A stretch of 64,000 bases of DNA from contig OZ220696.1 of NCBI GenBank assembly GCA_965116495.1, positions 2,880,001 to 2,944,000 on the forward strand, read 5' to 3'. Shown one piece after another: positions 1 through 10,688 of this stretch (positions are counted from its first letter, which is position 1; every line of letters begins with the position of its first letter). A model generated the notes under the pieces. That model was not told where the DNA came from. It worked only from the letters and a program-made list of their open reading frames with translations, and did no database searches. This DNA is from Gammaproteobacteria bacterium (lineage in GTDB: Bacteria > Pseudomonadota > Gammaproteobacteria > Eutrophobiales > Eutrophobiaceae). Made by a program: the position numbers and the translations under genes.

Positions 1-1192
1 TCATCATCCTGACTTTGCCGTGCGCGGACGCGCGCAAAATTGCACGCAGTTGCGGCCTGAATAATGCCGGCTCTTTCAGGCATAACCGTACGGCCCGCAA
101 CCCCAGCGCCGGGTTTGATTGAACAGGGCCGACCTGCCTGCCGCCATCCACCTGCTTGTCGGCGCCCAGGTCCATGGTGCGGATAGTCAGCGGCAAACCC
201 GCCATCGTGTCAAGCACCGACAGGTAAGTTTCGTAGTGTTCCTCTTCTTCAGGCGGAGATTCCCGGTTCATATACAAAAATTCCGTTCGATACAGTCCGA
301 CCCCGCTGGCGCCGACCTGCCCTACAATTTCAAAATCTTGGGGGAGTTCGACATTGGCCTGTAACCGAACCGGAACATCATCCAGGGTTTTCGCGGGCGT
401 CTCTTTCAACCGTATCAGGCCGGCGTAATATTTCCTGTCTTCCTGTTGCCGTTCCCGGTAATAGCGCAGGCTGTGTTCGTCGGGATCGACCAGCATAACG
501 CCGGCATTGCCGTCGACTATGACCAGATCTTCTTCGCGGGTGAAGCGCCCCGCCTCATGCATTCCGACGATTGCCGGAATGACCAGGCTGCGGGCAAGTA
601 TCGCGGTATGGGAAGTGGGCCCGCCGTATTCGGTAACAAACGCGACAATACTGTGATGCTGCATCAGGACCGTATCGGCAGGCGCAAGATCATCGGCAAT
701 CAATATATATCCGCTCAAACGGCTGTCCGGTTCCTCATGCCGCAGCGGTTTCTGTTTTAACAGTATTCTTTGAATACGATTGACGACATGATCTATGTCG
801 TTCTTACGGGTGCGCAGGTAAGCATCTTCCATTTCATCGAATACGTGTACCAGGGCATCCCGTTGCAGTTGCAGGGCCCACTCCGCGTTATAGCGCGCAC
901 TACGGATCAAGCGCAACGGTTCCTGGGTCAGGACCGCATCATCAAGCATCAACAAATGTGTATCTATGAACGGGGTGATGTCCGGGGACGTTGCTGCCGG
1001 AATATGGTCGCGGATGGCGCGTAATTGTTGTTTGGCCAGGGCGATGGCTTCAAGCAGACGCCCGGTTTCAACGCCGACCTGACCCGGTTCTATGTGGTAT
1101 TCGGGGATATCAAGCCGATCGCGTTCGATGATATGCGCGTGACCGATGGCTATCCCGCGAGACACTCCCATACCGTGTAAAGACAGGGTCAT
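1..1192 (-). CDS. ptsI: PEP-protein phosphotransferase, PTS enzyme I (5' part; runs off the window start)
   Basis: Manual translation starts MTLSLHGMGVSRGIAIGHA and contains the phospho-His motif VTEYGGPTSHTAILAR; no N-terminal GAF domain; ATGA overlap with the HPr stop. Confidence 0.9.
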   Translation of the reverse strand, partial: MTLSLHGMGVSRGIAIGHAHIIERDRLDIPEYHIEPGQVGVETGRLLEAIALAKQQLRAIRDHIPAATSPDITPFIDTHLLMLDDAVLTQEPLRLIRSARYNAEWALQLQRDALVHVFDEMEDAYLRTRKNDIDHVVNRIQRILLKQKPLRHEEPDSRLSGYILIADDLAPADTVLMQHHSIVAFVTEYGGPTSHTAILARSLVIPAIVGMHEAGRFTREEDLVIVDGNAGVMLVDPDEHSLRYYRERQQEDRKYYAGLIRLKETPAKTLDDVPVRLQANVELPQDFEIVGQVGASGVGLYRTEFLYMNRESPPEEEEHYETYLSVLDTMAGLPLTIRTMDLGADKQVDGGRQVGPVQSNPALGLRAVRLCLKEPALFRPQLRAILRASAHGKVRMM

Positions 1193-1458
1193 ATTCCCTC
1201 ACCAAATCGATCTTCGATCAGCTTCACCAGAGCCATAAGTGCCTTTTCCTCATCCCTGCCCCGAACAGTTAACTCCATAGTCGCGCCTCTTGCCGCGGCC
1301 AGCATCATCAGCCCCATTATGCTTTTCCCATTGACGGTCTTGTCACCTGAATAAACCTCAATCTCTGATTCATAAGCAGTTGCCGTTTCCACAAAGCGTG
1401 CAGCAGCGCGGGCATGCAAACCCAGTTTGTTGATAATCACAACGGTCTCCTTCTGCAA
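1189..1458 (-). CDS. ptsH: HPr/NPr phosphocarrier protein
   Basis: GLHARAA (His15) and NGKSIMGLMML (Ser46) motifs. Confidence 0.9.
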   Translation of the reverse strand: MQKETVVIINKLGLHARAAARFVETATAYESEIEVYSGDKTVNGKSIMGLMMLAAARGATMELTVRGRDEEKALMALVKLIEDRFGEGI

Positions 1459-1464
1459 ACCCGC

Positions 1465-1911
1465 TCAACCGGTCAGCAGACTGTGAATCGCTTCATTGGA
1501 CTCTTCCTTCCTGAGTCGCGCCAGGAATTCCGGTTTGTTGAACATTTCTGCAAGTTGCGCCAGAACCTGTAAATGTTCTTCTGTTGATTGTTCCGGCACC
1601 AGTAGGGCAAATATCAAATCAACCGGTTGATGGTCGACAGCATCGTAGTCCACACCCCGTTTCAACTTGATAAACGCGGCAATGGTGGACAGGCCGTTCT
1701 TCAATCGACCATGGGGCAGGGCGATGCCGTTACCCAGTCCGGTACCACCCAGGCGCTCCCGGGATAACAGGCTGTTAAAAACTGCCTGTCCGGTCAGGCC
1801 GGAACTGGCGCCGGCAATCAATCCGGACAGGGTCTCCAGCACGGCTTTCTTACTGGAAAGATCGACGTTACATAAGATACGGTCACTCGTCAGTATTTCT
1901 GATATATGCAT
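1465..1911 (-). CDS. ptsN: PTS EIIA-Ntr
   Basis: RERLGGTGLGNGIALPHGR motif; position in the rpoN operon. Confidence 0.93.
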   Translation of the reverse strand: MHISEILTSDRILCNVDLSSKKAVLETLSGLIAGASSGLTGQAVFNSLLSRERLGGTGLGNGIALPHGRLKNGLSTIAAFIKLKRGVDYDAVDHQPVDLIFALLVPEQSTEEHLQVLAQLAEMFNKPEFLARLRKEESNEAIHSLLTG

Positions 1912-1940
1912 CTGTGGAACAGGTCCTGCAGGGGGAGAAG

Positions 1941-2234
1941 TCAGACGCGGTGGTTCGATAATTTTTCCTTGTGCTTTTTCACTTGTCTGTCGAGCTTGTC
2001 TATCAACCTGTCAATGGCTGCATACATGTCATTGTGTTCCGCTTCAGCGAACAGGTTACCACGATTTACGCGCAGGGTTCCTTCCGCTTTTTTCCGCTCT
2101 TTTTCAACCGACAGGACGATGTGTACAGTGATGACATGATCAAAATGGCGCTCTATGCGTTGCAGTTTGTTTGCAACATAGGAGCGTAACGCGGGGGTGA
2201 TATCCAGGTGGTGGCCAGACAAGTTGATTTGCAT
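1941..2234 (-). CDS. hpf: Ribosome hibernation promoting factor (short HPF)
   Basis: MQINLSGHHLDITPALR...DMYAAID; follows rpoN. Confidence 0.95.
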   Translation of the reverse strand: MQINLSGHHLDITPALRSYVANKLQRIERHFDHVITVHIVLSVEKERKKAEGTLRVNRGNLFAEAEHNDMYAAIDRLIDKLDRQVKKHKEKLSNHRV

Positions 2235-2269
2235 GTTATCCTCATTATGGTTGGTGGCGGATAGTCGGC

Positions 2270-2294
2270 TCGCATGTATGCGACCTGACCCCGT
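2270..2294. repeat. Half copy of GGGGTCAG-type repeat with small hairpin
   Basis: TGCGACCTGACCCCGT (2279-2294) is identical to part of the right arm at 38865-38880; TCGCAT-gt-ATGCGA hairpin. Confidence 0.6.
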
Positions 2295-2327
2295 TCATAC
2301 GGCACCGGTTGTTCCGGGGGTATGTAA

Positions 2328-3791
2328 TCAGAGCTTGCACATATTGGTTCTTTTTCTTTCACTTGATGACGGAATTGACAGCGATTCACGATATTTCGCA
2401 ACCGTTCTGCGGGCAACCTGAATGCCCTGCCCCGACAGCAGTTCGGCAATCTTACTATCGCTCAGGGGTTTTTCAGGCTTCTCCGCCTGTATATGTTTTT
2501 TAATCAGCGCGCGTATTGCCGTCGATGAACAGGTCCCACCCTGGTCCGTACCCACATGACTGGAAAAAAAATATTTTAATTCAAACACGCCCCTGGGCGT
2601 GTGCATGTATTTTCTGGTCGTGACCCGGGAAACTGTCGAATCGTGCAATCCCAGGGTGCCTGCAATGTCGTGCAGTACCAGCGGTTTCATTGCCTCCTCG
2701 CCGTGCTCCAGGAACGCGCGTTGCCTCTCGACAATACAGGCGGCAACCCGCAACAGGGTTTCGCTGCGGCTCTGGAGGCTTTTTATAAACCAGCGGGCTT
2801 CCTGCAGGTGATTTTTAAGCGAGACGTTATCCGCGCTGTTGTCCGCACGGCGAATCATGCCGGCGTAGTCCGAATTAATACGTAAGCGGGGCAACGCGTC
2901 CGTGTTGAGTTCCACTTTCCAGGCGCCGCCGGACTTTTTAACCTGTACGTCCGGCACCACGTATTCGGTATGGGCTTCCTGTACCTGGCTGCCCGGACGC
3001 GGGTACAGGGACTGTATCAGTTCGACCACTTGTTCCAGTTCTTCCCGGCTGAGTTTCATCTGTTTCATCAACGTTTTGTAATCATGCTCAGCCAGTAACT
3101 GAATGTGCCGGCTGACCAGTTTTCGGGCTTCATCCAGCCACCGGGTGCCGGGGTCCAGTTGGGTCAGTTGCAGATTCAGGCATTCGGCCAGGTCGCGGGC
3201 GCCGACACCCTGCGGTTCAAACGTTTGAATCAAATGTAATACCACCTCTATTTCTTCCGGTTTGGCATCCAGGTCGGCAGACAAGGTCGCGCGAATCTCT
3301 CCCAGGCTCGCCGCCAGGTAGCCATCGTCGTTGATCGCGTCAATCAAGGCAATGGCAATGGCCTTGTCGGTTACCGATAGTGTGACCAGTTCAAGTTGCG
3401 AGAGCAGGTGGTGCCGAAGATTGCGATCCCCATTATCCCGGTATTCGTGGCCGTAATATTCTGTCTGGTCGCCGCTGCGGGAGTAATAGGTCGAGGCATC
3501 ATAAATATCTTCCCACGCCGTATCCACCGGCAAATCTTCAGGGATACTGTCATGAGCAAATGTTTCCGGATATTCTGATCCGTTCAACTCCGTTTCGTCC
3601 GGTTCCGGTGCGCCGGTTTGCAGTTCAATCGCATTATCCTCGTCCAGTTCCAGCATCATGTTGGAATCCAGCGCTCCCTGGATCTCCAGGTTCAATTCCA
3701 CGCTGGACAACTGCAGCAGCCTGATGGCCTGCTGCAGTTGCGGCGTCATGGTCAGGCCCTGGCTTAACCTCAGTTCTAGTGATTGCTTCAT
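2328..3791 (-). CDS. rpoN: RNA polymerase sigma-54 factor
   Basis: [15 protein letters not shown]-terminus; RpoN box [10 protein letters not shown]. Confidence 0.98.
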   Translation of the reverse strand: MKQSLELRLSQGLTMTPQLQQAIRLLQLSSVELNLEIQGALDSNMMLELDEDNAIELQTGAPEPDETELNGSEYPETFAHDSIPEDLPVDTAWEDIYDASTYYSRSGDQTEYYGHEYRDNGDRNLRHHLLSQLELVTLSVTDKAIAIALIDAINDDGYLAASLGEIRATLSADLDAKPEEIEVVLHLIQTFEPQGVGARDLAECLNLQLTQLDPGTRWLDEARKLVSRHIQLLAEHDYKTLMKQMKLSREELEQVVELIQSLYPRPGSQVQEAHTEYVVPDVQVKKSGGAWKVELNTDALPRLRINSDYAGMIRRADNSADNVSLKNHLQEARWFIKSLQSRSETLLRVAACIVERQRAFLEHGEEAMKPLVLHDIAGTLGLHDSTVSRVTTRKYMHTPRGVFELKYFFSSHVGTDQGGTCSSTAIRALIKKHIQAEKPEKPLSDSKIAELLSGQGIQVARRTVAKYRESLSIPSSSERKRTNMCKL

Positions 3792-3826
3792 ATCCTGAAG
3801 TGTAGCGCAAAAAACCCGGGTTTGAG

Positions 3827-4552
3827 CTACAGCCTGAAGTCGAAACCCAGGTAAACGTCTCTTACCGTTTCATTTGCCAGGATTTCATCAGGCGTGCCCT
3901 CGGCCAGGATCCTGCCTTCATTGACGATATATACCCGGTCGCAAGCACCCAGAGCCTCCCAGACATTGTGGTCGGTGATCAGGATACCTATGCCCTTTTC
4001 CCGCAGGTAGCCGGTTATTCGTTGAATATCGTTTATGGAAATGGGGTCAATACCGGCAAACGGTTCGTCCAGCAACAGGAATTGCGGTTCGGTGGCCAGG
4101 GCCCGTGCGATCTCCACGCGCCGGCGCTCGCCACCGGACAGGCTCATGCCCAGGCTGTCGCGCAGGTGAGATACATGAAATTCGTGTAACAGTGCCTCCG
4201 TTCGCCGTTTGGCCTCAGTGCGGCTCAGGTTCTTGCGTAACTCCAGTACAGCCAGGATATTTTCTTCCACGGTAAGTTTGCGAAAGATAGATGACTCCTG
4301 GGGCAGGTAGCCCAATCCCAGCCGTGCCCGTTTTTCCATCGGCAACAAGCTGATATCCCTGTCATCCAGGTATATCTCACCGTTGTCACAGGGGAGCAAA
4401 CCGACGATCATGTGAAAGCTGGTTGTCTTGCCCGCCCCGTTAGGTCCCAACAGCCCGACGATTTCGCTGCTGTTGATGGTCAGGCTGATATCGCTTACCA
4501 CCTGGCGCGAACGGAACGACTTAGATATGCGTTGGACGGATAAAACGCTCAT
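3827..4552 (-). CDS. lptB: LPS export ABC transporter ATPase
   Basis: Walker [34 protein letters not shown]; synteny. Confidence 0.97.
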   Translation of the reverse strand: MSVLSVQRISKSFRSRQVVSDISLTINSSEIVGLLGPNGAGKTTSFHMIVGLLPCDNGEIYLDDRDISLLPMEKRARLGLGYLPQESSIFRKLTVEENILAVLELRKNLSRTEAKRRTEALLHEFHVSHLRDSLGMSLSGGERRRVEIARALATEPQFLLLDEPFAGIDPISINDIQRITGYLREKGIGILITDHNVWEALGACDRVYIVNEGRILAEGTPDEILANETVRDVYLGFDFRL

Positions 4553-4569
4553 GCAACATTGCTACAGGA

Positions 4570-5133
4570 TTACGAACCGGCTTCCTTTTTCTTCTTGATG
4601 ATCAGTTTCACCCGGCTCTTTTTCTCCGCCGCGGGTTTTGTTTGCACATCTCCGCCCCCGGGTTGACTCCAGGCCTTCACCTGGCTCAGTACCGTATTGT
4701 ATTCTATCCTTTCCCCGACCAGGGTCGAAGTATCCTGTTTTACCCAGGCATCGCGAATCAGCACAACGAGATTTTTCAACTCATAGTATTCCATACGCAT
4801 GGCTTTCGCCTGATCATGCACATCACCGTTGTCCGGCAACTGCTTATAGGTGGCGGGGTTACCTTCGATGATAATGTGATCCAGTTCATCCCCGCCCTTG
4901 CTGTAAACCGTCATAACGTCGCCCGTCATGTGTATGGAACCCTGTCTGACAATCACGTTGCCCCGGTAGATACTGACGTTATTTCGATCATCGAGTTCCG
5001 CTTCATCAGCCTCGACTTCTATCGGCTGGTCCTTGTCCGTCGACAACGGGAATGCCGTCAGGCTTCCGAGCAGGCAGAACAACCCGATAACAGCGTTAAC
5101 TGTCCGGTGCAGGGTTAATCGTCGTTTTTTCAT
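4570..5133 (-). CDS. lptA: LPS transport periplasmic protein
   Basis: LSTDKDQPIEVEAD...YRGNVIVRQGS; start chosen at MKKRR. Confidence 0.92.
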   Translation of the reverse strand: MKKRRLTLHRTVNAVIGLFCLLGSLTAFPLSTDKDQPIEVEADEAELDDRNNVSIYRGNVIVRQGSIHMTGDVMTVYSKGGDELDHIIIEGNPATYKQLPDNGDVHDQAKAMRMEYYELKNLVVLIRDAWVKQDTSTLVGERIEYNTVLSQVKAWSQPGGGDVQTKPAAEKKSRVKLIIKKKKEAGS

Positions 5134-5668
5134 GTTTGATGACTTCCAACCGGTTCTCGGGTAAATATGCACGCATGCCCGTTCCGGTAATTACCGCAGT
5201 ATTGGTTACGATGGTTGCATGGCGGTCAGTCTCCGCATATTCATCTTCAAGCGACACATTTACATGGGTTGTACTGACTTCCAGCGTAGGACTGCCCGTA
5301 TCATCGTATTCCAGCATTTTCACAATACCGTATAGCAGAATAGTATCATTATCTCCCTCCAGGCGACCTTTTTCTGCGTTAATATACAAGGGAAACCTGT
5401 CTTCCCGGAAAATTTCCATCCGAGGCATGACCAGTTCGGTGCTGTTATTGTACGGGTAATGCGCCAGATAATCCGCCGACAATTTGTTTTTCGGCTTACC
5501 GTCCTGATTCATCGTCAAGGTGGTAAAGTCCTCCATATAATAATCCGGCGCGCGCGCATCGGCGCGCAGAGCGCCCCTGCCGGTGGACTCGGACAACCAT
5601 TGCAACAGCCATGCACTGCCAGCGGCGGCGCCGATCAGTAATGCGAGAATAAACAGGCGTTGGATCAT
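5096..5668 (-). CDS. lptC: LPS export protein LptC
   Basis: N-terminal TM helix, PDYYMEDF motif, upstream of lptA. Confidence 0.9.
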   Translation of the reverse strand: MIQRLFILALLIGAAAGSAWLLQWLSESTGRGALRADARAPDYYMEDFTTLTMNQDGKPKNKLSADYLAHYPYNNSTELVMPRMEIFREDRFPLYINAEKGRLEGDNDTILLYGIVKMLEYDDTGSPTLEVSTTHVNVSLEDEYAETDRHATIVTNTAVITGTGMRAYLPENRLEVIKHEKTTINPAPDS

Positions 5669-5673
5669 GACAG

Positions 5674-6666
5674 TCAGACCACTTGCGCGCGCAGCAGATC
5701 GTGCATGTTCAGGACACCGGTCAATTGCCGGTCCTCATCCAGCACCAGCAAGGCGTTAATCCTGTGTTCTTCCATCATCCGCAGGGCCTTGGCCGCAAGG
5801 CAGTTCGCGGCGATGGTCCTGGCGTTTTTCGTCATGACCTCTGCGGTAGTGGTGGTATGCAAGTCGAACCCGGCATCCAGGGTCCTGCGCAGGTCACCAT
5901 CGGTGAATATGCCCGATACTTCGCCTCGCTCGTTGATCACCGCGGTCATACCCAGCCCCTTGGCACTCATTTCCAGTAATGTTTGACTCAGTATGGTCTT
6001 CTCATTCACCCGGGGGATTTCAGCACCGCTATGCATCACGTCAGTTACGCATAACAAACGCCTTCCCAAAGACCCGACGGGGTGGGACCGGGCAAAATCC
6101 TCAGCATCAAAACCCCTGGCCTCAAGCAGGGCAACAGCCAGGGCATCACCCAGGACCAGGCACGCTGTGGTGCTGGCCGTGGGCGCCAGGCCCAACGGGC
6201 AGGCCTCCCTGGTGACACTGACGTCCAGGCAGACCGTGGCGGTTTTGCCCAGCGTGGACGCGGGATTTCCCGTCAGTGCGATGAGCGGGATGTTCAACCG
6301 TTTAATCACCGGCAGCAAGGTGATGATCTCGCCGGTCTCCCCGGAATTGGACAAGGCAATCACCACATCATCCGGGGTAATCATGCCCAGGTCGCCGTGG
6401 CCGGCTTCGCCCGGGTGGACAAAAAAAGACGGTGTGCCTGTGCTGGCCAGGGTGGCGGCGATCTTGTGGCCGATATGGCCTGATTTCCCCATGCCCAGGA
6501 CCACGACCCTGCCCCCGCATTCCAGGACCAGCCGGCAAGCGCTGACAAAATTGCTGTCAATACGCTGTTTCAGGTCATTGACTGCCTGCTGTTCCGTTTC
6601 AATAACAGCACGAGCCGCCCCCATGAGTTTTTCAGGGTCTGGGTGATTGTCTGAACTACCCCGCAT
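5674..6666 (-). CDS. kdsD: Arabinose-5-phosphate isomerase (SIS + CBS domains)
   Basis: GMGKSGHIGHKIAATLASTGTP, HPGEAGHGDLG, C-terminal CBS pair. Confidence 0.95.
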   Translation of the reverse strand: MRGSSDNHPDPEKLMGAARAVIETEQQAVNDLKQRIDSNFVSACRLVLECGGRVVVLGMGKSGHIGHKIAATLASTGTPSFFVHPGEAGHGDLGMITPDDVVIALSNSGETGEIITLLPVIKRLNIPLIALTGNPASTLGKTATVCLDVSVTREACPLGLAPTASTTACLVLGDALAVALLEARGFDAEDFARSHPVGSLGRRLLCVTDVMHSGAEIPRVNEKTILSQTLLEMSAKGLGMTAVINERGEVSGIFTDGDLRRTLDAGFDLHTTTTAEVMTKNARTIAANCLAAKALRMMEEHRINALLVLDEDRQLTGVLNMHDLLRAQVV

Positions 6667-6792
6667 AAGCCACCATGATCCGCGCTGCGGGAGGCAGCGC
6701 CCAAGTGTCGTTCGTTGTCAATATATATTCAGGATCTAACACTTGTTTCTCCCGGTACTGGTCCGGCGTCGTGCCGGGCGGGCATCCCGCAC

Positions 6793-7737
6793 TTACCCCA
6801 GAAACAACCAGAACTGGTAACCGGCAAAGCAACACAGCAACCCAGCGCCTTCCCAGCGGCTGAAACTGTTTTTGCCGGCATAAAACACCATCCACCCCAT
6901 CAACAGGGTCAAGCCGATCATTACGGGAAAATCCCGCAGCAGGACTTCCTTGCCGAAACTATCCGGGTAAATAATACACGGTATGCCCAATACCATCAGC
7001 ATATTAAACATATTAGAACCGATTACATTGCCTATGGCGATATCCATTTGTTTTTTGGCAACACTCATGAGGGAAGCGGCAAGTTCCGGTAAACTGGTCC
7101 CGACCGCAATCACGGTCAGGCCGATTACCAGGTCATCAACGCCAATTTCCCTGGCAATATAGACCGCCCCGCGCACCAACAGTTCAGCGCCGGCCAGCAG
7201 CACCAGCAGCCCGACCAGCATCAGAACGGCGGATTTCAGGAGACTCGGCGTATTCTTCGCCTCCTCTGCCCCATGCAAGATCTGGTTCTCGCGTTTTGCC
7301 TGTTTCACGATCCACAGGAGCATCACCCCCAGCGCGGCCAGTAACAACAGGCCATCGATGCGTCCCAGATACAAGTCGAGCAGCACCAGCAACGCAATCA
7401 GCATAGCCACACACATCAGTATGAATTCGCGACGCAGGGACTGCGATTGAACCACCAGCGGAGAACACAACGCGGTCGCACCCAATACCAGACCGATGTT
7501 GGCAATATTGGAGCCCAGGGCATTGCCGATAGCGATACGGGTTTTCTCCTCCCACGCAGCGACGCCACCCACAAACACTTCCGGCATTGAGGTCGCGATA
7601 CCGACCACGGTTAGACCGATAATAAACGGCGACACCCCCAGTGCGCGGGCGCTGCCGGCAGCGCCTGACACAAACCGGTCCGCTCCCAGCACCAGCAAGG
7701 CTATACCGCCGAGCATAGCAAGCGACGCAATCAACAT
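6793..7737 (-). CDS. Ca2+/Na+ antiporter, YrbG family
   Basis: Two alpha repeats (ATSMPE/GSNIAN and GTSLPE/GSNMFN); next to kdsD. Confidence 0.92.
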   Translation of the reverse strand: MLIASLAMLGGIALLVLGADRFVSGAAGSARALGVSPFIIGLTVVGIATSMPEVFVGGVAAWEEKTRIAIGNALGSNIANIGLVLGATALCSPLVVQSQSLRREFILMCVAMLIALLVLLDLYLGRIDGLLLLAALGVMLLWIVKQAKRENQILHGAEEAKNTPSLLKSAVLMLVGLLVLLAGAELLVRGAVYIAREIGVDDLVIGLTVIAVGTSLPELAASLMSVAKKQMDIAIGNVIGSNMFNMLMVLGIPCIIYPDSFGKEVLLRDFPVMIGLTLLMGWMVFYAGKNSFSRWEGAGLLCCFAGYQFWLFLG

Positions 7738-7982
7738 ATTAACGTACCCGGGAAGCCAGGCTGCTTCACGGCATGTTTATACGGGGTTGTAACCCATCCA
7801 GGCGGGTATGCCAAAACAGACATCCATTCCCCTGTCTTGTAATCAGCGGCAAATCCGGCCTTGTCTTGCCGCCCGTTTGCAGCGGTGAAATTCGTCGGGG
7901 ACAGTGGTAATCATCGGCAACAGGATACCATGAATTGACGTGGTACAATGTACTTTTACCATACCTGACCCGGGTGGATACT

Positions 7983-8315
7983 ATGCTTTACTGGTTCTTT
8001 CTTGCCGTTGCAATCCTGCTGGAAGTTGCGGGCACCATGTGCATGAAACTGTCCGACGGGTTTACCCGGCTGATCCCCTCGATCATGTTGTTCGTCTTCT
8101 ATGCCATCTCATTTATCGCACTGACTATTTCCCTGAAAAGGATTGATCTCAGCATCGCCTATTCGGTCTGGGCAGGCGTTGGGACCGCCCTGGTAGCCCT
8201 GGTGGGCATAATCTATTTTCGCGAGCCTTTGACCGTGGTCAAATCCGTCAGTATCTGCCTGATCATCATCGGTGTTGTCGGTTTGTACCTGGACAAGACG
8301 GTCCCCTCGGCCTGA
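7983..8315 (+). CDS. SMR family small multidrug efflux transporter
   Basis: AILLEVAGTMCMKLS (conserved Glu), AYSVWAGVG; four TM helices. Confidence 0.9.
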   Translation: MLYWFFLAVAILLEVAGTMCMKLSDGFTRLIPSIMLFVFYAISFIALTISLKRIDLSIAYSVWAGVGTALVALVGIIYFREPLTVVKSVSICLIIIGVVGLYLDKTVPSA

Positions 8316-8333
8316 TAGCAACTGACACAACTG

Positions 8334-8999
8334 ATGCGGGCGATGATACTGGCAGCGGGGCGAGGCGAAAGAATGCGCCCCCTGACCGATAACCTGCCCA
8401 AGCCCCTGTTGCCTGTGGCCGGCAAACCGTTGTTGCAATATCATGTGGAAGCCCTGGCGCAGGCGGGTTTTACCGACCTGGTGGTCAATCATTCCCGCTT
8501 CGGCGAACGCATAGAGGCATTCCTTGCCGACGGCGCCGACTTCGGTGTGACAATCCGGTATTCAGCCGAGGGGGACATCCCCCTGGAGACCGGAGGCGGC
8601 ATTAAACGGGCATTGCCCCTGTTGGGTGACGACCCGTTTCTGGTCATCAACGGCGATATCTGGTCCGATTTTCCTCTTGCTTCGCTGAACCGGCTAATTC
8701 CCGGTCTGGCCCACCTGGTCCTGGTCCCTAACCCGGCACACCATGCCGGTGGAGATTTTGTCCTTGAGGATGGAGAGGTATCCTGCGCCGGGCAACCCAG
8801 ACACACATTCAGCGGCATCGGTATCTACCGGCCCGCGCTGTTTCATTCAATAGAACAACAGGTGTTTCCCCTGGCGCCGCTATTGCGCCGGGCAATGCAG
8901 GACCGGCAGGTCACGGGAGAACTCCATAACGGTCGCTGGTTCGATGCCGGCACGCCCGCGCGGCTTACAGAATTAGAGGATTACCTTGCCGGGATGTAA
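8334..8999 (+). CDS. murU: MurNAc-1-phosphate uridylyltransferase
   Basis: MRAMILAAGRGERMRPLT..PKPLL, LETGGGI. Confidence 0.85.
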   Translation: MRAMILAAGRGERMRPLTDNLPKPLLPVAGKPLLQYHVEALAQAGFTDLVVNHSRFGERIEAFLADGADFGVTIRYSAEGDIPLETGGGIKRALPLLGDDPFLVINGDIWSDFPLASLNRLIPGLAHLVLVPNPAHHAGGDFVLEDGEVSCAGQPRHTFSGIGIYRPALFHSIEQQVFPLAPLLRRAMQDRQVTGELHNGRWFDAGTPARLTELEDYLAGM

Positions 9000-9006
9000 T
9001 TGTGAA

Positions 9007-9042
9007 AATCAATGGGGAATAATGGGGACAGACCCATTGATT
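9007..9042. repeat. Hairpin enclosing GGAATAATGGGGACAG, between convergent murU and cpoB
   Basis: AATCAATGGG (9007-9016) / CCCATTGATT (9033-9042) inverted pair; core matches 27174-27189 at 15/16. Confidence 0.6.
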
Positions 9043-9047
9043 CTTGA

Positions 9048-10064
9048 TCAGTTGACCGGAGTCATGTCCGCGGGAACAGGCGCCGTTGCGATTTTTTTCA
9101 ACCGGTCCTGTGCCAGGCGGGCTGCTGTGGTGCCGGGATAGTGTTGAATCAGGTCCTCGAGTTGTTGTTTTGCCGGTTCAATCTGCCCCAGTTCAAGCTG
9201 GCAGAAACCTGCTTTTAATTGTGCCTGGGCCAGCTTCCGGCTGTCCGGGTAATTCTGCAGCAAGACGTTGTATTCAACCAGCGCCTGCTCGAAGAGACGG
9301 TTCACATAAAATGTCTCACCCAGCCAGAACTGGGCTTTATCGGCGTATTCACTGTCGGGATAGCTCGCCAGGAAATCACGAAACGCAATGATGGACCGCT
9401 CGTACCGGGACTGCTTCAACAGGTTGAAGGCATTCTGGTAATCCGCCGCGATTCGTCCCGGATCCACGCTATCAGGCAGCGCGGCACCAGCTTCATTCGG
9501 CGCTTCGGATGGGGTCATGCCCTGTGCGGGGTCTGCCGCTGACCCGGCCCCTTCCAGTGCGGCAACCGGTTCCTGCGGGGCGGCCAGGGGAACGGTATTC
9601 TCACCTGTTTCCCCCGCCTCCGGTCGCCGTTCGACCAGTTCCAGCGTCAAGGGAATTTCAACCTCCTGCTCCGTGCCGGTTACCTCCGTCCCGGTCAAGG
9701 GAGACAGGGTCTGTAACGGCGGTTCAGCTACACCGGACGCATCCCCGACTGTAGCCGTCAACGGGGTTTCGAACCGCTGCAGACGTCTGTCTATATCCCT
9801 GTATAAGTCGCGTTGCCGTTTTTTTACCTGTTCGAGCACATGATTTTGTACTTCCAACTCGCCGCGTAGGCGACTGATTTCCTCTTCCAGGGCTTCCACC
9901 TGCTGCAACATCTCCAGCAAACCCTGGTTTGACAATATTTGCTCGATACTTTCCAGACGCGCCAGGATAACCGCTTCAGTGTCCACAGTATCCTGGGCGG
10001 CCACTTCGATAACGGCTGCCTGTACGGCGATAAGCAGGACAAGTGCCTGTCTTTTAACCCACAT
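9048..10064 (-). CDS. cpoB: Tol-Pal protein CpoB/YbgF with long linker
   Basis: N-terminal coiled coil (LRGELEVQNH..QRDLYRDID), C-terminal TPRs (AQFWLGE); follows pal. Confidence 0.93.
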   Translation of the reverse strand: MWVKRQALVLLIAVQAAVIEVAAQDTVDTEAVILARLESIEQILSNQGLLEMLQQVEALEEEISRLRGELEVQNHVLEQVKKRQRDLYRDIDRRLQRFETPLTATVGDASGVAEPPLQTLSPLTGTEVTGTEQEVEIPLTLELVERRPEAGETGENTVPLAAPQEPVAALEGAGSAADPAQGMTPSEAPNEAGAALPDSVDPGRIAADYQNAFNLLKQSRYERSIIAFRDFLASYPDSEYADKAQFWLGETFYVNRLFEQALVEYNVLLQNYPDSRKLAQAQLKAGFCQLELGQIEPAKQQLEDLIQHYPGTTAARLAQDRLKKIATAPVPADMTPVN

Positions 10065-10075
10065 CGTTTATCGGC

Positions 10076-10627
10076 TCAGTATACAAACTCCACCCGCCGG
10101 TTCAGTGACCAGGCCTGTTCATCATGGCCGGGGTCCGCAGGCCGTTCCTCTCCGTAACTTACGGTCCTGATCTGGTTCGGGGATGCCCCCAGCACAACCA
10201 GTTGTTTTTTAACCGCATTTGCGCGCCGCTCACTCAGCGCGAGATTGTATTCGCGGGAGCCACGTTCATCGCCATGGCCTTCCAGTGTCGTAGTCACGTC
10301 CGGGTTGGCTTGAAGAAAACCGGCATGGGCCTGGATGATCTCCTCGAACTGCGGCAGCACGTTACTGCTGTCGTACTCAAAATAAATGATGCGGACGGAC
10401 AACAGGCTATCCGGGTCCTCAAGCTGCTGCAGGGCGCTGGCTTGATCATCCCCAGTGCCGAAAGCCTGTGCTTCGCTGCCTGCTCCACCATCAGCGGCGT
10501 CATCACCCGTCATTTCAGCGCTTTCCGATTTGTCTACGACCTCGGGAGCCGGGTCTTTTTCAGGGGTTGTGGTACAGGCCGTGATAAACGAACCCAGGAT
10601 AAGCAACAGCAGAAATTTTTTGGTCAT
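10076..10627 (-). CDS. pal: Peptidoglycan-associated lipoprotein
   Basis: Lipobox ITAC; OmpA-like EGHGDERGSREYNLAL. Confidence 0.96.
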   Translation of the reverse strand: MTKKFLLLLILGSFITACTTTPEKDPAPEVVDKSESAEMTGDDAADGGAGSEAQAFGTGDDQASALQQLEDPDSLLSVRIIYFEYDSSNVLPQFEEIIQAHAGFLQANPDVTTTLEGHGDERGSREYNLALSERRANAVKKQLVVLGASPNQIRTVSYGEERPADPGHDEQAWSLNRRVEFVY

Positions 10628-10688
10628 GGTGGTTCTCCGGTTTCCAGGTCAAAGGATAGCATTCATTGGAAAATAAGTTGATTCATAT

